A DNA stretch of 63,247 nucleotides, filler included, from Choristocarpus tenellus KU-1152 (GCA_964200185.2; 11 parts of 11 records of this genome joined end to end with filler, not necessarily neighbours in it); one strand, 5' to 3'. Shown: positions 26,501 to 39,591, counted from the first letter of the whole stretch. The notes: generated from the sequence alone by a model not told the origin. Translations and numbers: made by a program.

Positions 26501-28448
26501 AGTCGGCTCTGGGGCAGCCCGCAATATCTATCCCATTGTCTCATTTCATATCACTTTGTACAAGTCCTTAGGAGCTCTAAATATTTGGTATGGGTTGTGG
26601 GTCAGCCCTAGGGCAGCCCTTAGCACCTATCCCTCCCTCCCGGTTTGTGCCCATTGATGTGAACTGGGGAACCACCACTGTAACTAACTTATTTCACTTG
26701 TTCGCATGCAATTTTGAAAACCCTAACCCTATCCTGTGTGTGAAAAATATACACCTAGCCGAACTAGGAAACTTTCTGCCAAAGGTTTCACAATATGGTG
26801 CAAGCAGTGCAGTGCACTGAGGAGTCACCATCCCTCAAAGGATCCACCACTCTGCCAATTTTTTGTTACTTTTTTTCACACATATTTTCTAAACCCTAAC
26901 CCTTAACCTAACCTGCTTGCGAAGAAATTAAAAGAGGATGCCAGTGGTGGTTCCCCAGTGCATGTCAACGTTGCGTATCAATGGGGGCTCAACCCCTTGG
27001 GAGTTGTCAATATATTTGGTAGGGGCTATGGGTCAGCCCTGGGGCAGGCAGGCCACGACACCCCTCCCTCTCAATTTCGGCTCATCCAGTTTCATAGAGA
27101 ACTTTGTGCTCATTCTTTCTCATCCATTACTCTACATGTGCCGTCCAACTTTGTGGTAGCTCTTGATTGACAGTTAACCCTAACCCTAACCCTTTGTGCA
27201 CTGTTTGGCACACTCTTGAGCAGGTGTACCCCCACAGCCTTACTCACCCTCAAGTTGAGGCGCCAGTGAGCCCGGGTGATGACGATAGAGTCCTGTGCAT
27301 TCCCGTAAGAGCAGGCGATGCCGTTGCCTTCACATCAAAGTGCGTGACACAAGCAGTCAAAGAAAAAGAAGAATGAAAATGCCCTGGGTACATACAAAGC
27401 GCTTTTGTCTTCTTTTTTTTTGTTGCAAAGTTGTGCCAAGAGGGAAACGGTTTGATAAAGCAACATACATCAGCATGAAACAAATCAAGTCGTGCAGCTG
27501 TTTGCATGTTTCTTACACTCTCTCGATTGTATGCAACTGCGCCATCCAACGCAACGAATATTATGTATGCATGGATGGCTAAACCACATATACTGCTTTT
27601 GAGGTGTGTATCATATTCTTCCCCAACCTGGTCAATTTTATGTTGTTCATGCACAGCCCTCTTTACACTTCCGAGAAGAGAGTGACACAGTTGTAGGCTT
27701 AATCAGTCCGTCCCCCAGCAACATCTTCTGGAGACGATATTGCATACCAAATATCTCAACGGTGTGGATAAAAAAATGACTGTGCAATAGATAGAGCAAG
27801 GTGGGTTGAAATTGATACAGTAATATACATCCTGTGCCATCTGAGGTAGAGCCCCCCTAAGCTCAAACATCCACATATTCAATCGACCCTAGAAAATAAC
27901 ATCCCCACTACTACCACACATACAATTTGGTTTTACATTCTTTTTTTTGGGTTGGCAGTCTCTGGCACCGAAGTGGACCCAACCGCAGAGGCAGTCCACG
28001 CAGGGCTTTCTACGCCCAGTACTCCTCTCAGCCAATTCGGGCAACGCCATCTGACTGCTACCCCTTGAGCCTTGCTATTCCAGTGAAGGTCAGTGCTTCC
28101 TCCTGCACGCCAAGGGTCCTTCCAGATGCTGCAGGTGTTGACCCTACCCAATCAGCAGTACAGGTATTTGAATCCAATGCCACAACTGAGTTGCAAGAAT
28201 GGGCATCATCAAGCCGGAAAAGAAGCCCTGAGAAGGTTAACGAGGACGAAGGAAGGGGAAATGTGACAGAGTGGGAGCTGATGGAAGACACTGACCAAGG
28301 ACAAGGAAGCAGGATGGTTCAGGGTGGTGCTAGTGTTAGCTCCACAGTAGATGTGCAGGAATCAGGTTGCGGTGAATTGGTTGGAGAAGCATGTGCAGTA
28401 GGCGATGACCTAAGAGTGAAAAGAAAAAAGTTGAAAGGAAGAGGATGA
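23524..28448 (+). CDS. PhyH-like (phytanoyl-CoA dioxygenase family) 2OG-Fe(II) oxygenase, 5' end unresolved
   Basis: Exons ~23524-23666, 24091-24219, 24351-24863, 25710-25823, 27224-27339 and 27959-28448. Motifs LFNEQYVVKPP..FRWHT|D (HxD), VSVWLALDDCNRDNGCLE, GDAVAFTS-NLWHRSGPN...RRAFYAQYS. C-terminal basic tail RVKRKKLK. Confidence 0.88.
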
Positions 28449-30760
28449 TGAAAATTATTGCTGTGTTTCATTTTTTGGCAGGTTGGAGGTAAACAGCAGA
28501 AAGAGTTGAGGGTAAGTTAGAACATTCTGGTCATACAGGGGATTGTATAGGGGAGTTTTTCTTGGTTGGCAGATTTTCTATATATTGAAGTCTTTCCATA
28601 ATACAGCACATTTTTGTGTCAAGGCAAACTATTTCTGTTACCAGCACAGATATCGACCCTGGGTTTAAGATTTGGACCATAGCATCCTACACCTTACTTT
28701 ATTCATCACACAAATATTCTGTAGTAGTGCAGTGTCTTCCAAGTTCCTAGGTAAACATGGAGCTAAGAGTAGGATCAGCACATAAAGAGATAAAGGCTCC
28801 TGGCTGCTTTGTATGTTCAAAAAACTTCATTATCGCCAAGGTCACCAAGTGAAAGGTTAAAGCATATTTAGCGATGTTGTCTCCCTTGCTGTTTCTAGTT
28901 TAAACTTTGTGGAAAATTTCTATGGACCCCACAAACATCCCCAGGAACTGCTTTCCACACTTGTCAATATGTAACTAGCGGTGTGGTCAGGAAAATGGGG
29001 AGGGGGGGGGGTTGTGTATCCTGAAGGATGAGCAGGGTCACCCATATGATGGATCATCATTGGTGGAATGCTGCCAGTGTTGGGACAGTTGAGTCACCAA
29101 GACAGTCTGACTTTAAGGGGTGCTGTTAATGTTTTAGACTACACATATGTCAACAGTTGTCACTCTTTCTTGAAACTTTGCAATCAAACAGCATATATAC
29201 GTATTTTTTCCAAATAGCATAACCAGTTTGCCTAATCTTCCAGTGGTAGTCCCCCAAACCAAGAGTTTTTACATTAGTCTGGTTAAATACCTAGTACAAA
29301 TGCAAGATTTCAAGGGTGCAGCCCTGTTGAATATTGTGCCTGAAACTGGTGAAATGCAAATACACGCTGACATGCTTCAGATTTAATTGACTGCTCAATC
29401 AAGGACAAATGCACATCCTCAAATGTTTGAATATGTGTAAAGACATTTCTTAAGACACTTTCTTCCATATTTTATATTTTATACACCAAGAATGAGTTAC
29501 CATGGTACATTGTTACAGTATTTAATTTAGGGAGAGCATACATTGAGGCAAAACCTCTTTTGCAGGTCAACAGCCTCTACAGCAAGGAATTGCAATTTTG
29601 TCTGCAGGACAGTGAACAAGATGTACGTTAAACATCACTACACGAATGGGGGATTCTCAAACCCATTCTCAGGTAAAAGTGCAGCCATTGTCCTAGACGA
29701 GGTTGCAGTTGATAGGAACATATACTGTGCCTCTCTTCAAGCACCTACTGAAGTAGAAAACAGTACAAGGCGAGCTTACATATAAGAAAGCAGGAAGGCC
29801 TCTGGAAAAACAAGCGAGCAAAGGGACATCACACAATCAATGGAGTCAATAGAATCTAAGCCTCCCCCTGTCCATGCACGTAGCATTGCTTCAGTTCTCT
29901 GTCCAATCCAAGGTGAAAATCTATTCAAAACAAGAAAAAAAAACTGCATGGATCAGAGAACCCTGTCAAGCAGGTGTACTACCAACGTAACGCACCTTGA
30001 ACTATACCAAAAATCAACTGGCCCCAAGTCGAAGAGGAGGAGCACATGTAGGAATGCCCTATTCTGGGATCAATGAATTCCCATGGATCCATTTCCACAA
30101 GTAGACAAGTAGTCACAACAGCAAAGATTCCTATGGCCAGGGAAGTAATACGGTGGCAGCAAAGATCGATTCTGTACTTTTCCCCTCCATAAAACAGTAG
30201 ACATTACACAGGTCGTGTGCACATCATTATTTCCCTGCTCAAAAATAATGCTGCATAAGACAAAAAAGGATATGTAGCCCGACAAGAAGCGTGTTTTCAT
30301 GTTGAAAGGTTCGGTGGAGTTCATAAATACTAGAGCATCACCATTTACACAGAAATTAGAGGGGGCTGAAGAGCTCACGGTAGCAAAAAGGCAACTTCAT
30401 GCCTCTCAGTCCAGCCCCTATACCTGCTTGCCCCTATACCTGCTTTAGACATTAACACACTCTCTTCTATACATTAAAAATTTCAGAAAAGTTTATGTGA
30501 TCAATCGCCTTTCTTCATTGACCAGTACACATGTAACCTCGTCCTCTCCCTCCCCCTTTCCTCCCCCACACCCCCCCCTCACCCCACCACAACCCCCCCA
30601 CCAACCACNNNNNNNNNNNNNNNNNNNNNNNNNNNNNNNNNNNNNNNNNNNNTTAATTAATTAANNNNNNNNNNNNNNNNNNNNNNNNNNNNNNNNNNNN
30701 NNNNNNNNTTGTTTTTTTGTTTTTTTTGGTTGGGTTTTTGGTTGTAGTGGGTTGGTGTGG

Positions 30761-30808
<48 letters not shown>

Positions 30809-31696
30809 AATGTATTTTTTATTTTTGCTCCGAATGTGCTATTTGACTGTTGTTGAAGGGTACGTGGGTTGATTGTTGTTGTGGTTATCTTTCCAGTCAG
30901 TGAGTGATTAGTGATTGACAAAATTCGAGGAGAGGTAGGGTTAGGGTTTGAGTCTCTGTTCGGTGGAAGAGTAGTGGGCGGGGCTATGTGTTGGTTGGAA
31001 ATATTGATGATGATTGTACTTAAAGGAGACATATTTTTATCTTTTACTTTCACAATGAATGTCCTACCTGGCAATGAAAACCAGTGTACCCTAGTGGTGT
31101 ATGGTTGTAGGCCTGTACCTTGTTTTGACAAATGTAGTCAAAGCAATATGGTTGGAGAGATTCAGAACAGGTGCAGGTTGGGGTGGGTTTTTTGAGTTAG
31201 GTCCTATTCCAGACTGTAGAAGGGTACTGTAGCATGGTCAAAGGGTGCAAGGGCTGTCATCAGTAAGGATGTGTTATTTTGTTAATGATTAGACTATTGA
31301 ACTAAGTTGGCACTGGTATAACATAACTTAGTGTCAAGGTTTGAGTAGCTGTTCGCTTAATCACTCATACCTATGTGTGTGTAGTCAAATTTATGGACAC
31401 ATGTATACATGCTCCTGTGTGTGTGATGCCAACCGTGTCAATCACAATGAAATTGACACAGTGTTCCACATGTCGGTAGTTGGGACCAAGACTGCATTTC
31501 CTTGCAAGACGCCTGCTTGCCTTTCACTCTCCCTACAGACATTAATCCCTGATCCTAACCCTCAAGGACCCAATCGATGCCACTGACCCTGGTTTTCATA
31601 CCCCAACTTTATTGCAGAAGTGTACCGATTAATAATAATAAAATAGTAATAATGATAATAATAACAAACTTGTCGAATGTGTGTGTGTGTTCGGAA

Positions 31697-34600
31697 GGAA
31701 CAAAATGGAAGGAGCTACAATACCTCAATATATTGGAGTCCCTTGGAGGTGATGAGCGTTGGCCTGAGAGGTTCATGGCCAAGCATCCAGCAATATTGTA
31801 GTATTGGATTATTAATCTTGTAAGTACAAACACTTGGACAGTTTAGTGGGATGAATTTGATGGGGAGGGGGAGGATGAGGGGGAGACAACAATTTTTAAT
31901 ATTTGGACATCGTGTTCTCTTTTTTGTGAGGGGATATGGGGTTGTAAATTTTCAGGTTGAAGTTGACATAATACAGCAGTAGTAAAAATACTATTTTTTT
32001 TCCTTTTGTGAATGTTATTTTTTATCAGAATTTCCTCTTTTTTAGCTGTTTTTCCCTCACCTACTCCAGGAGGGTGTAAGGGAAATATACGATACTCTAC
32101 TACACCATACTATACTGGAATTGTGAGTGTGTTTTTGACGTTTATAGGAACCTTGATAAATGATTTGAAAATATTTCTTTCTAATGATAATAATAGGAAT
32201 TAAGAATGTTAGAGTACATTGCTTTGGTTTCAACTGTGGCCGACAGGTTGTCATTCTTATCTCGTTTCTTTTTGTGGAGAGATTAATGGAAGTCTTCAAG
32301 AGTTGACTCTTGAAATAGTTCATTTGTCTTGTTACTAATTTTTTTATAGGGTTGCTATATATATTACATAGTATAATATACTTTGTTGGTGCTTAAATGC
32401 TTTTAGATTTTTTTAGAAGCACTCCTATTGCTAGAGTTGATAGGACTAAGGCCAGTTTGAGATGTGTGTATCTGATCCACTCCCTTCTCCTTCATTGTTT
32501 GGAGCTGCCTATGACATGCTGACAAATCTTTTTTTTTCTTAACTGCTGTTACGCTATGTTGTTGATAAAAATAATCATTTTTATTTTACAAATCTTCAGG
32601 GAATCTCATTTCACCTTTCTTGGCATACAACTTCAATGAGCTCCTAGAGAGCCGTGGAGTGGACAACTACTCTGAGTTCATCGAAGTAAACAAGGATCTG
32701 CTTATAAGTCTGGCTCCAACTAAGCAGGTGAAGGGTGTGAGGGGAGGGGTGTGCAGCAGGACTAAGATGGGTGCCGAAGTGTGGTCGTTGGGTCATTCTA
32801 AGATGAATATAATTTTAATATATAGATGCTGGATCATGTGTGATGAGTGAGTACACCATGGCTGTATGTGGATTCTGGTCTTTTATTGTTACAGGATGCT
32901 ATTTGTTCATCTCAAGTTTGAGTATTGAATTATTGTAATATGTTGTAGCTACTGTTACTGTCCTGTGTGTATAAAACCGTTGTCATTGTTTTAGTTATAC
33001 AATATCCCATCAATGATTGATTAGTAGCATCATACTGCCCTGCCAACCCCAGCATTTTTTAGCAAGGAGAAATCGTTGGTATTTCCTGGATTGGTCATGT
33101 AACCCGCCCAAAGTAGAGCCCTATTTTGTTTCTGTTTCTTATTATTGTTTTCGCACTAGTCCCGGGACTACCTCAACTTGTGGTCATAATTTTTGACTGT
33201 ACTACTTCTCAAGCTATGTATTTGCTCTCTGTCTGTTACTAGTTGTACTTCCTCAAGTCTTGTGCTGAAATGGCCTCCACTTGCTTGGCAACTATACCTT
33301 ACTATACCACCGTGATCTTTGTCCGGTGTGTTAATGGTATAGCAGCAGATAGTATAAGATAAATAGTGGTATTGGTGTGCAGTGTGAAGCGATTGCTGTG
33401 TGGAGTTTGAGAATCCAAAACCATGTTTCCATGAAAACGAAGTGTGGCAACGATTGGGTTTGAAACTTCAAAATTCAAGGAGGTAGCAGCCTCATCAGCC
33501 TACAATCATAGTTGTGTACATGACTCAAGGTTGTGAAGGGGATTGGTGGTGATCGTGATTAATTCATAATGGCTGAGGTTAGGGCTGACTGTGTTTAGTT
33601 GTGAATGTTGTTGCAAGTATGACTAGAAAACGGAAATTGTATGCGCTGTACAATTTGTGGTAGGTTCATGGTAAGTTGTGATATTCTTAAATAGATACTA
33701 GGTAGTCCTTAGTACTATATTAGCTGGTCACAGCCTCACAGAAGCAATTGGATCAACCGTCGCTCAGGACTACTCCTACTACCTGGAACCCTCACTGTAA
33801 CAGGCCCTCATGAAGATGACATAAAAACTTTGACCTTTGTGTGTGGGCTAATGCTGTGTGACGATTGGTTCTGTTGACTGTGTGTCCACGCTTTTGACTA
33901 CTATACTGCAATAGATATGTACCTGTTTGATGAGTTCTAGACAGCCTGGCCTGCCTGCAGTCTTAGCCCTATCATCTGATACCTTCATGATGTTTTCCGG
34001 TGAGTGGATTACTTGGGAGGGTGTGTGGACGGTTTTACAAATGGTGGGGATGTAATGTAGACCCTCCTTTTTCTTTTTTCTTTTTTTGTATTTTCCACTA
34101 CTTCCCTGTTGGTTTGAGGGCCTTGGTTAGATAAACATGCCTGCTATTACTCCACCTCCTGTAACCTTCTTGACTCCTAGACTTCTGGTAATCATACTTC
34201 AAGTTCTAGGTTGGACATGGTAGTGGGGTAAGATGTCCCTGTTGGATCTCAAGTTCAACAATTAGCGTTGAAGTTGTGATATTCTTTTTTGCCTCTTGCT
34301 TGTCGTATACCCTGGTAGTAGACACTTTTAAGTAGTGACTTACTGGTGGTCTATGGTACTGTATTGGTAAATATTTGGAGTACTCTTGTTTGTTTTTATA
34401 TGCGAGAAGAGATGTGCAGGAAAATAAGTACTTGTTTGTGTTTGTCTAGTGAGGATTGTGAGAAGCATGCCATACCCACTTGTAGCATGTTCTTGATGTC
34501 TTCGGTTCATTTGAAGGTGCTTTTTATGATAGTATTGGTATCATTCACTGAAGTAGTTAAGACAATTATAGTGGATATTCCAGAGGAAAGGCCTGGGAAG

Positions 34601-34971
34601 TGTTGGTTCCCGCTAAATGCTGAACTTCTTTTTAGTTTCTGAAGTCTCAAAGTTCTTAAGACGTTTGTGTGCTAATCCCTGGCTGTTGAGGCATACACAT
34701 GTGTACGCAGGTGTAGAAGGAGGTGTTCCGTATCTACCATGCAATCAATCTCTTGAGACCGTTTTACTCTTTGATATTGGGTTGTGTATTGTTGTATCTG
34801 ACATCTTTACTGCTCATCCACGTACCAATATGTTTCTTCCACTTTGGTCCCACCCTTATACCCCCTCACACACTATACTTCCTTGGTGCTTCCTCTGGCA
34901 GGAACATTTGGGATGATGAAGTGGAGCATGTCAAGACCATGTTTGCCTGTGAACACGGGAAGTGGAATTAG
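31697..34971 (+). pseudogene. PTOX: Plastid terminal oxidase (PTOX/IMMUTANS, AOX family) C-terminal half with in-frame stops; pseudogene or error-rich contig
   Basis: Segments WKELQYLNILESLGGDERWPERFMAKH (~31705-31819), ISPFLAYNFNELLESRGVDNYSEF (~32600-32727), DMYLFDEF*TA...LHDVFR (~33914-33999) and NIWDDEVEHVKTM (34902-). Stops at 31799, 33938 and 33977. Confidence 0.82.
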
Positions 34972-35394
34972 TCTCCCCAAATGTTGCATTCCCCCCCCCC
35001 CCCCCCCCCCCCCCCGCCGCCCCGGTCCGCGCCAAACGGGAGCCGAGGAAGGGGGAAATGAAAGNNNNNNNNNNNNNNNNNNNNNNNNNNNNNNNNNNNN
35101 NNNNNNNNTTAATTAATTAANNNNNNNNNNNNNNNNNNNNNNNNNNNNNNNNNNNNNNNNNNNNCTGCTGGGGGTGGCGATGCCAAGTCTAGAGGACAGC
35201 GCCTGTGTGGCAGTGTAGACGGATATAGAGATTTATTGCAGCATGGGTGTGTGGTCTGGATGTGAACATGGGGATATATGGTCGATTGGTAGGGTAGGTT
35301 GCTGTATCGGTCCTAGACCCGGCGTGAGGGTGGAACCGGACAGGTTCGTCTTCCAAATCTAATTAATTGGAAGTGTGTTTTGCGTAAGGCACAC

Positions 35395-38096
35395 CTTTAT
35401 CTCCAGGCAAGTCTTTTGTTGTGGGTCCGCCTCCACCACTGGGGTGTATGCATGGATGAACTCGTTCCATGTGACACGGGTGCTGTGAGAATCCAACATA
35501 CAACGGCACTTCCACATCGGATGAGATTTCCAGTCACACCTGTCACATGTACCGTCGACACAAGAATTTTTGACCCTGCCCAAGTAACCGCCAGAGGACG
35601 GTTCATTCAGGGGCTCCAGCACGGTCCTCTCGCATCTGTTTTGTTTTGATTAGTCCAAGAGTGGTTTTTGGTGTCAGCGTAGAGGTCTGAGTAGCGGATC
35701 GCACGTCACTAGTGGAGTCCGGCTGTCGTTGCCACATATTTAGAGGACGTAGTGAAATGGTTTGACGGCGAGTAGGTTGGTGTGTATTTATGGTGGGTTC
35801 ATTATTTTGGTTGTTGCTCCAGCTCGTCGTGCAGACACATTCGCCATGTCGTGGGGGGGGTTTGGCATAGAGACTTACAGGGCGAAGGCCATTAAATGAG
35901 CACCACTTTCGAGTACGACCTCCACTTTTTCAGAGCCGCATCCTTTACCTTTGTCGCAGAATGCGCATGTGCATGCGCAAGTGCGTTGTTCATCGTCACC
36001 AAAGATCGTCCTCGCATGTACTTTCTTCCAGTTCTCTCTTAGGCACTGAACCTGAAGGTTGGTGGTCATGTGGTGAATGAAAACACACGATCTGTATCGT
36101 GTGGAAGAGTGGAGGGAGGGATACGGTGGGTTAGCACCCCCTTGTGTGTGGAGACGGATGATGCTGTATTTGACTGGGTACCCTGTGGCGGTTGGTAAAC
36201 ATAGACTTACCCAAACATCACTGTAGCGTGTGTCCCAAAAATCGAAAGACTATTTCTGCACACACCTTGGCGTGGCCTTTGTGATGTAGAACGGTCTCTC
36301 CACTTCACGAATGTTGACAAACAGGGTATTGGTCCTGACGTCCCCTCCTGTTCGAATCTCTCCCTGAAGTTAGCATAGATATCCTCATATGTCCTAATCT
36401 GTGTCCTGTTGTCACGTCGGTTCTACCATGTATATGCGTAGTGTTATGTTGAAGTTTTGTTGGTCGAGGATAAACATGTTATAATGATTAATCCATAGAG
36501 TGTCAAGGGTGGATATATGCAATACTTGTAACGATAACAGTTGCTAGTGTGGATTACCTTTGAGCGTGCTGTTGGCACAGTGCATCTGGGCGGCAAACTC
36601 TCTTGATCGTATGCAGGTCCAACTAGTGCATGCCCTGAGTGGAATAATGAGATGTGACTGGATTGTAGGGTATGGCGGTGCAGTTGCTCTCCCATACGGT
36701 GATGCCAAGAACATGTGTATCAGGATGCTGCACATCGAACTGTCGCGAGGAGCTGTCCCTTCCCACATCGAATACCCTTGGTCTACCGTTTTGTCTGAGG
36801 TAAGGATGGAAGATGTGGGGCGTGTGTCGGTTGCGCACCATGATATAAGGGATCATCTGAGCATCTGTTAATGAAGAAATTGTCCTTCGATATACAGGGG
36901 ACATGTTCGCCTGGGGGCAACGTTGTGTGTGTCACACCGTTGATGGTTGATGAGAATGAACTTCCATACCTCTGGGCGGTGCCTCGAGGAGAGCAGTGAG
37001 GGGCGCGTGTATCGGATACGGGAGACGATCCTCCAGCATCATTGGCAGCCGATGTGGAGGGGCTTGTCTGTCGCCGCATGTCTCGCATTAATTCCGTGCG
37101 TTTCTTGGCGAATGACCTTAGTGTGTCGATGTTGATGTCATATTTTCTTGTTGTGACGGACAGAAGGGGTTGAAACGTCGACGTCACCCCGTCATCCACT
37201 ATTTCAACATCAGGAGCGATGCCGACAAGGATGGATTTGTATACCTGGCGGGGGTGATCGGTGCTAAGATGTTTCTTTACACATTCTAGGAATGTCTTGA
37301 CCTGGAGATCAGGCGTGGACTCGCATTGTTCCTAAGCCAGCACAACTCGCAGCGCGCTCGCCAATGGTGCAAATCTGCTTTTCTCATCCAGTAACCAAGA
37401 GGCAAGGTCGTTCCAAGTGCGACCGCTTCCTTCCATCTCTTCTAGACCATCGTGGTTGACAAACATGGAGAGGAAGAGGTGCATGATCTGATCCGTTTCG
37501 AACTTCTTCCACGAACGAACGGCAGAGCCAAAGTATCTTAGAGGGTAGGACCGCGTCCATTTGGGGACTTAAATCTGAAGTTGCGATTTTGATGAAATTT
37601 TGACTATTGTGTTTGTTTGGAAGTGTCAATATCCTTGTTCCAGAGACACCTCTTCATAATATATACACTTTATCTACTCCGAAATATTTTTGAGTAGGAA
37701 AATGTCACAAAAAAAAATGGGAGGCTAAGCCCCAAATGGACAAACAGGGCAAAACTCGTACCCTCTAAGATACTTTCACTCGGCACTGGTCTTGGGCAGT
37801 CTCTTTAGTCCCCGTTTCCAGAGAGGGATTGAGATGAGGTTACGATATGAGTTGGTGGGTTTGTTTCCCTTTGACATTAGAGTTCGATCTTGATGATGCG
37901 AACATAGGTAATACTGCCACTTTGTTCGGGCGAGGGGACTTGCACAATATTTGGTCACGAAGTGTTCCACGGAGTACGGCCGTGTTGGATGAGACCCAAC
38001 GTTCAATGCGTAGACAAGGGTGTGATGAAAACATTGAGAACCGAAACCGCCCCGGTTAGAATATCCTGAATAGGTGAGTATTGCGTATGTGGGCAC
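35395..38096 (-). mobile_element. Intron-containing Sola2-like DNA transposase, N-terminal/central part, degenerate, interrupted by a MITE
   Basis: Putative exons ~36970-38000 (minus MITE), 36558-36864, 36266-36398, 35879-36091 and 35395-35635. They give TYEDIYANFRERF...PCLSTFVKWR/PFYITKATP-R-SCVFIHHMTTNLQVQCL...CACTCAFC...LCER...CVDGTCDRC...VTWNEF. Splice phases are consistent for the last three exons. The catalytic core is not in this contig. Confidence 0.62.
37525..37781 (-). mobile_element. MITE copy 2, perfect 4-bp TSD GGCA, inserted in the transposase ORF
   Basis: GGCA|GAGCCAAAGTATCTTAGAGGGTA ... TACCCTCTAAGATACTTTCACTC|GGCA. Confidence 0.92.
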
Positions 38097-38924
38097 TCGC
38101 GAGCCACATCAAAAAGGTTATGAGTACATCCCATGAAGCATGTAGGACGAAGTGAATTGAGGTAGTTCATCGAACGGTAGGGTGTGTGTTTTGATCTGAT
38201 TTTTTTGGGAAACAGTCGACAAATGCTTGGTGTTGTCGCCCTAGATAATATTGGCGAATGTATTTACTAAAATTGACGTGTTCTGTCGAACGGTAAACTA
38301 TTGTGTAGGATGGGTTTTGTGGTGGAAGGGATGCTCAACGTTTCGTGTAGTATCGGTCTCTATATATCCCCAGATGCACATACCATCGTATTTGTCTCTT
38401 TCTCTACAGGGGATATGAGATTGCGTTCGAGTTTTTGGAAAATCGAGGACAGTGGATTGGAGGCGTGTGGCTTCAAATAAGTTGGTATGTGGACTGCCGC
38501 AACTTTGTCACACTTTACCATACAACAAAGTATGGCAAAAATGACATAATGCGTGCGGCATCAAATAAGTTGGTAAGTGGAACGCCACAACGTTTGCCAT
38601 ACTTTGTCATACGGTAAAGTATGGCAAAAATAACATGAGGCGAGTGGATGAAGGAAGAGCGAAACATGTCTTGGCATAATTTCATTATTGTGTAAGGGTT
38701 AGGGACGATGTTAGGGTTGGCGCACAGAGTTAGGGTTGGGACAGGTGTTAGGGTTGGGATTGGAAACAGAAACTGGAAGGAACATCGTTTAGTTCCGATA
38801 CATATCGGAATCCAGGTATGGGAGGAGGACACGAACTTAACAGATCCTGAAGTCTTTTGTGTGGCACAGCATTTGCTCTCGCACGTCTGTTCACATGGTG
38901 CGCAATGAATGCTGGAACAGCATC

Positions 38925-39186
38925 GAGTTAAAGTTTCTTAGAGGGTACGAGTTTTGCCCTGTTTGTCCGTTTGGGGCTTGGCTTCCCATGTTTTTTTTAA
39001 TGACATTTTCCTACTTCAAAATGTTTAGGAGTACGTAAATGTATACGTTATGAAAGGTTGTGGACCCTGAACAAGGATATTGACAGTTTCCAACAAAAGC
39101 GATAGCCAAAATTATATCAAAATCGCAAAATTGGATTCTGGCCCCCAAATGGACGCGACTCTCTACCCTCTAAGGTACTTTGACTC
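38925..39186 (+). mobile_element. MITE copy 3
   Basis: Same TIRs and internal sequence; TSD not recognisable (CATC/ATTG). Confidence 0.88.
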
Positions 39187-39467
39187 ATTGCCAATGGGTT
39201 CTTGTGAAATGGCCACGTCACAAGTCCTGGAACTTGGAGGAGAGACAGGATTGTCCTGGAAAAGGACATGATGAGTGACACAGTCGCATGAGCTGACACG
39301 ATGCTCAAAGGTTGACGACATAGTTCCTGTCTGACGACGACGATCTGGGGAACCATGGGAGGGGAACTCATCTATCGTTTGCATTTCTTGCATTGTTTAG
39401 AAGATATGGACGATTGACTCAAAAAATCGGAATCATGGTTGGTTGAGGAGTCCATGTCTTGTAATGA

Positions 39468-39591
39468 GGGTCAAAGTATCTTGGGGGGGGGTGTCGGCGT
39501 CCGTTTTTCACCTTTTTTTCGTTTTTCACTTTTTTGGTGTGATCTTGTCGCACGCGTCCGATCTCAAACGTCAGCAAAAACAATGCTCTTT
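39468..39591 (+). mobile_element. G-tract TIR end, truncated by contig end
   Basis: GGGTCAAAGTATCTT-Gn-TGTCGGCGTCCGTTTTTCACC; same as 11300. Confidence 0.7.

Noticed and set aside
29543-30378. Possible decayed TE coding fragment
   Set aside because: No motif strong enough to assign.
31799-33979. Stop-codon reassignment or readthrough suggested by the PTOX stops
   Set aside because: The stops fall at positions expected to hold different residues (Y, Q and another) amid many missense changes. HSP60 ends in TAG and PhyH in TGA normally, and intact genes have no internal stops.
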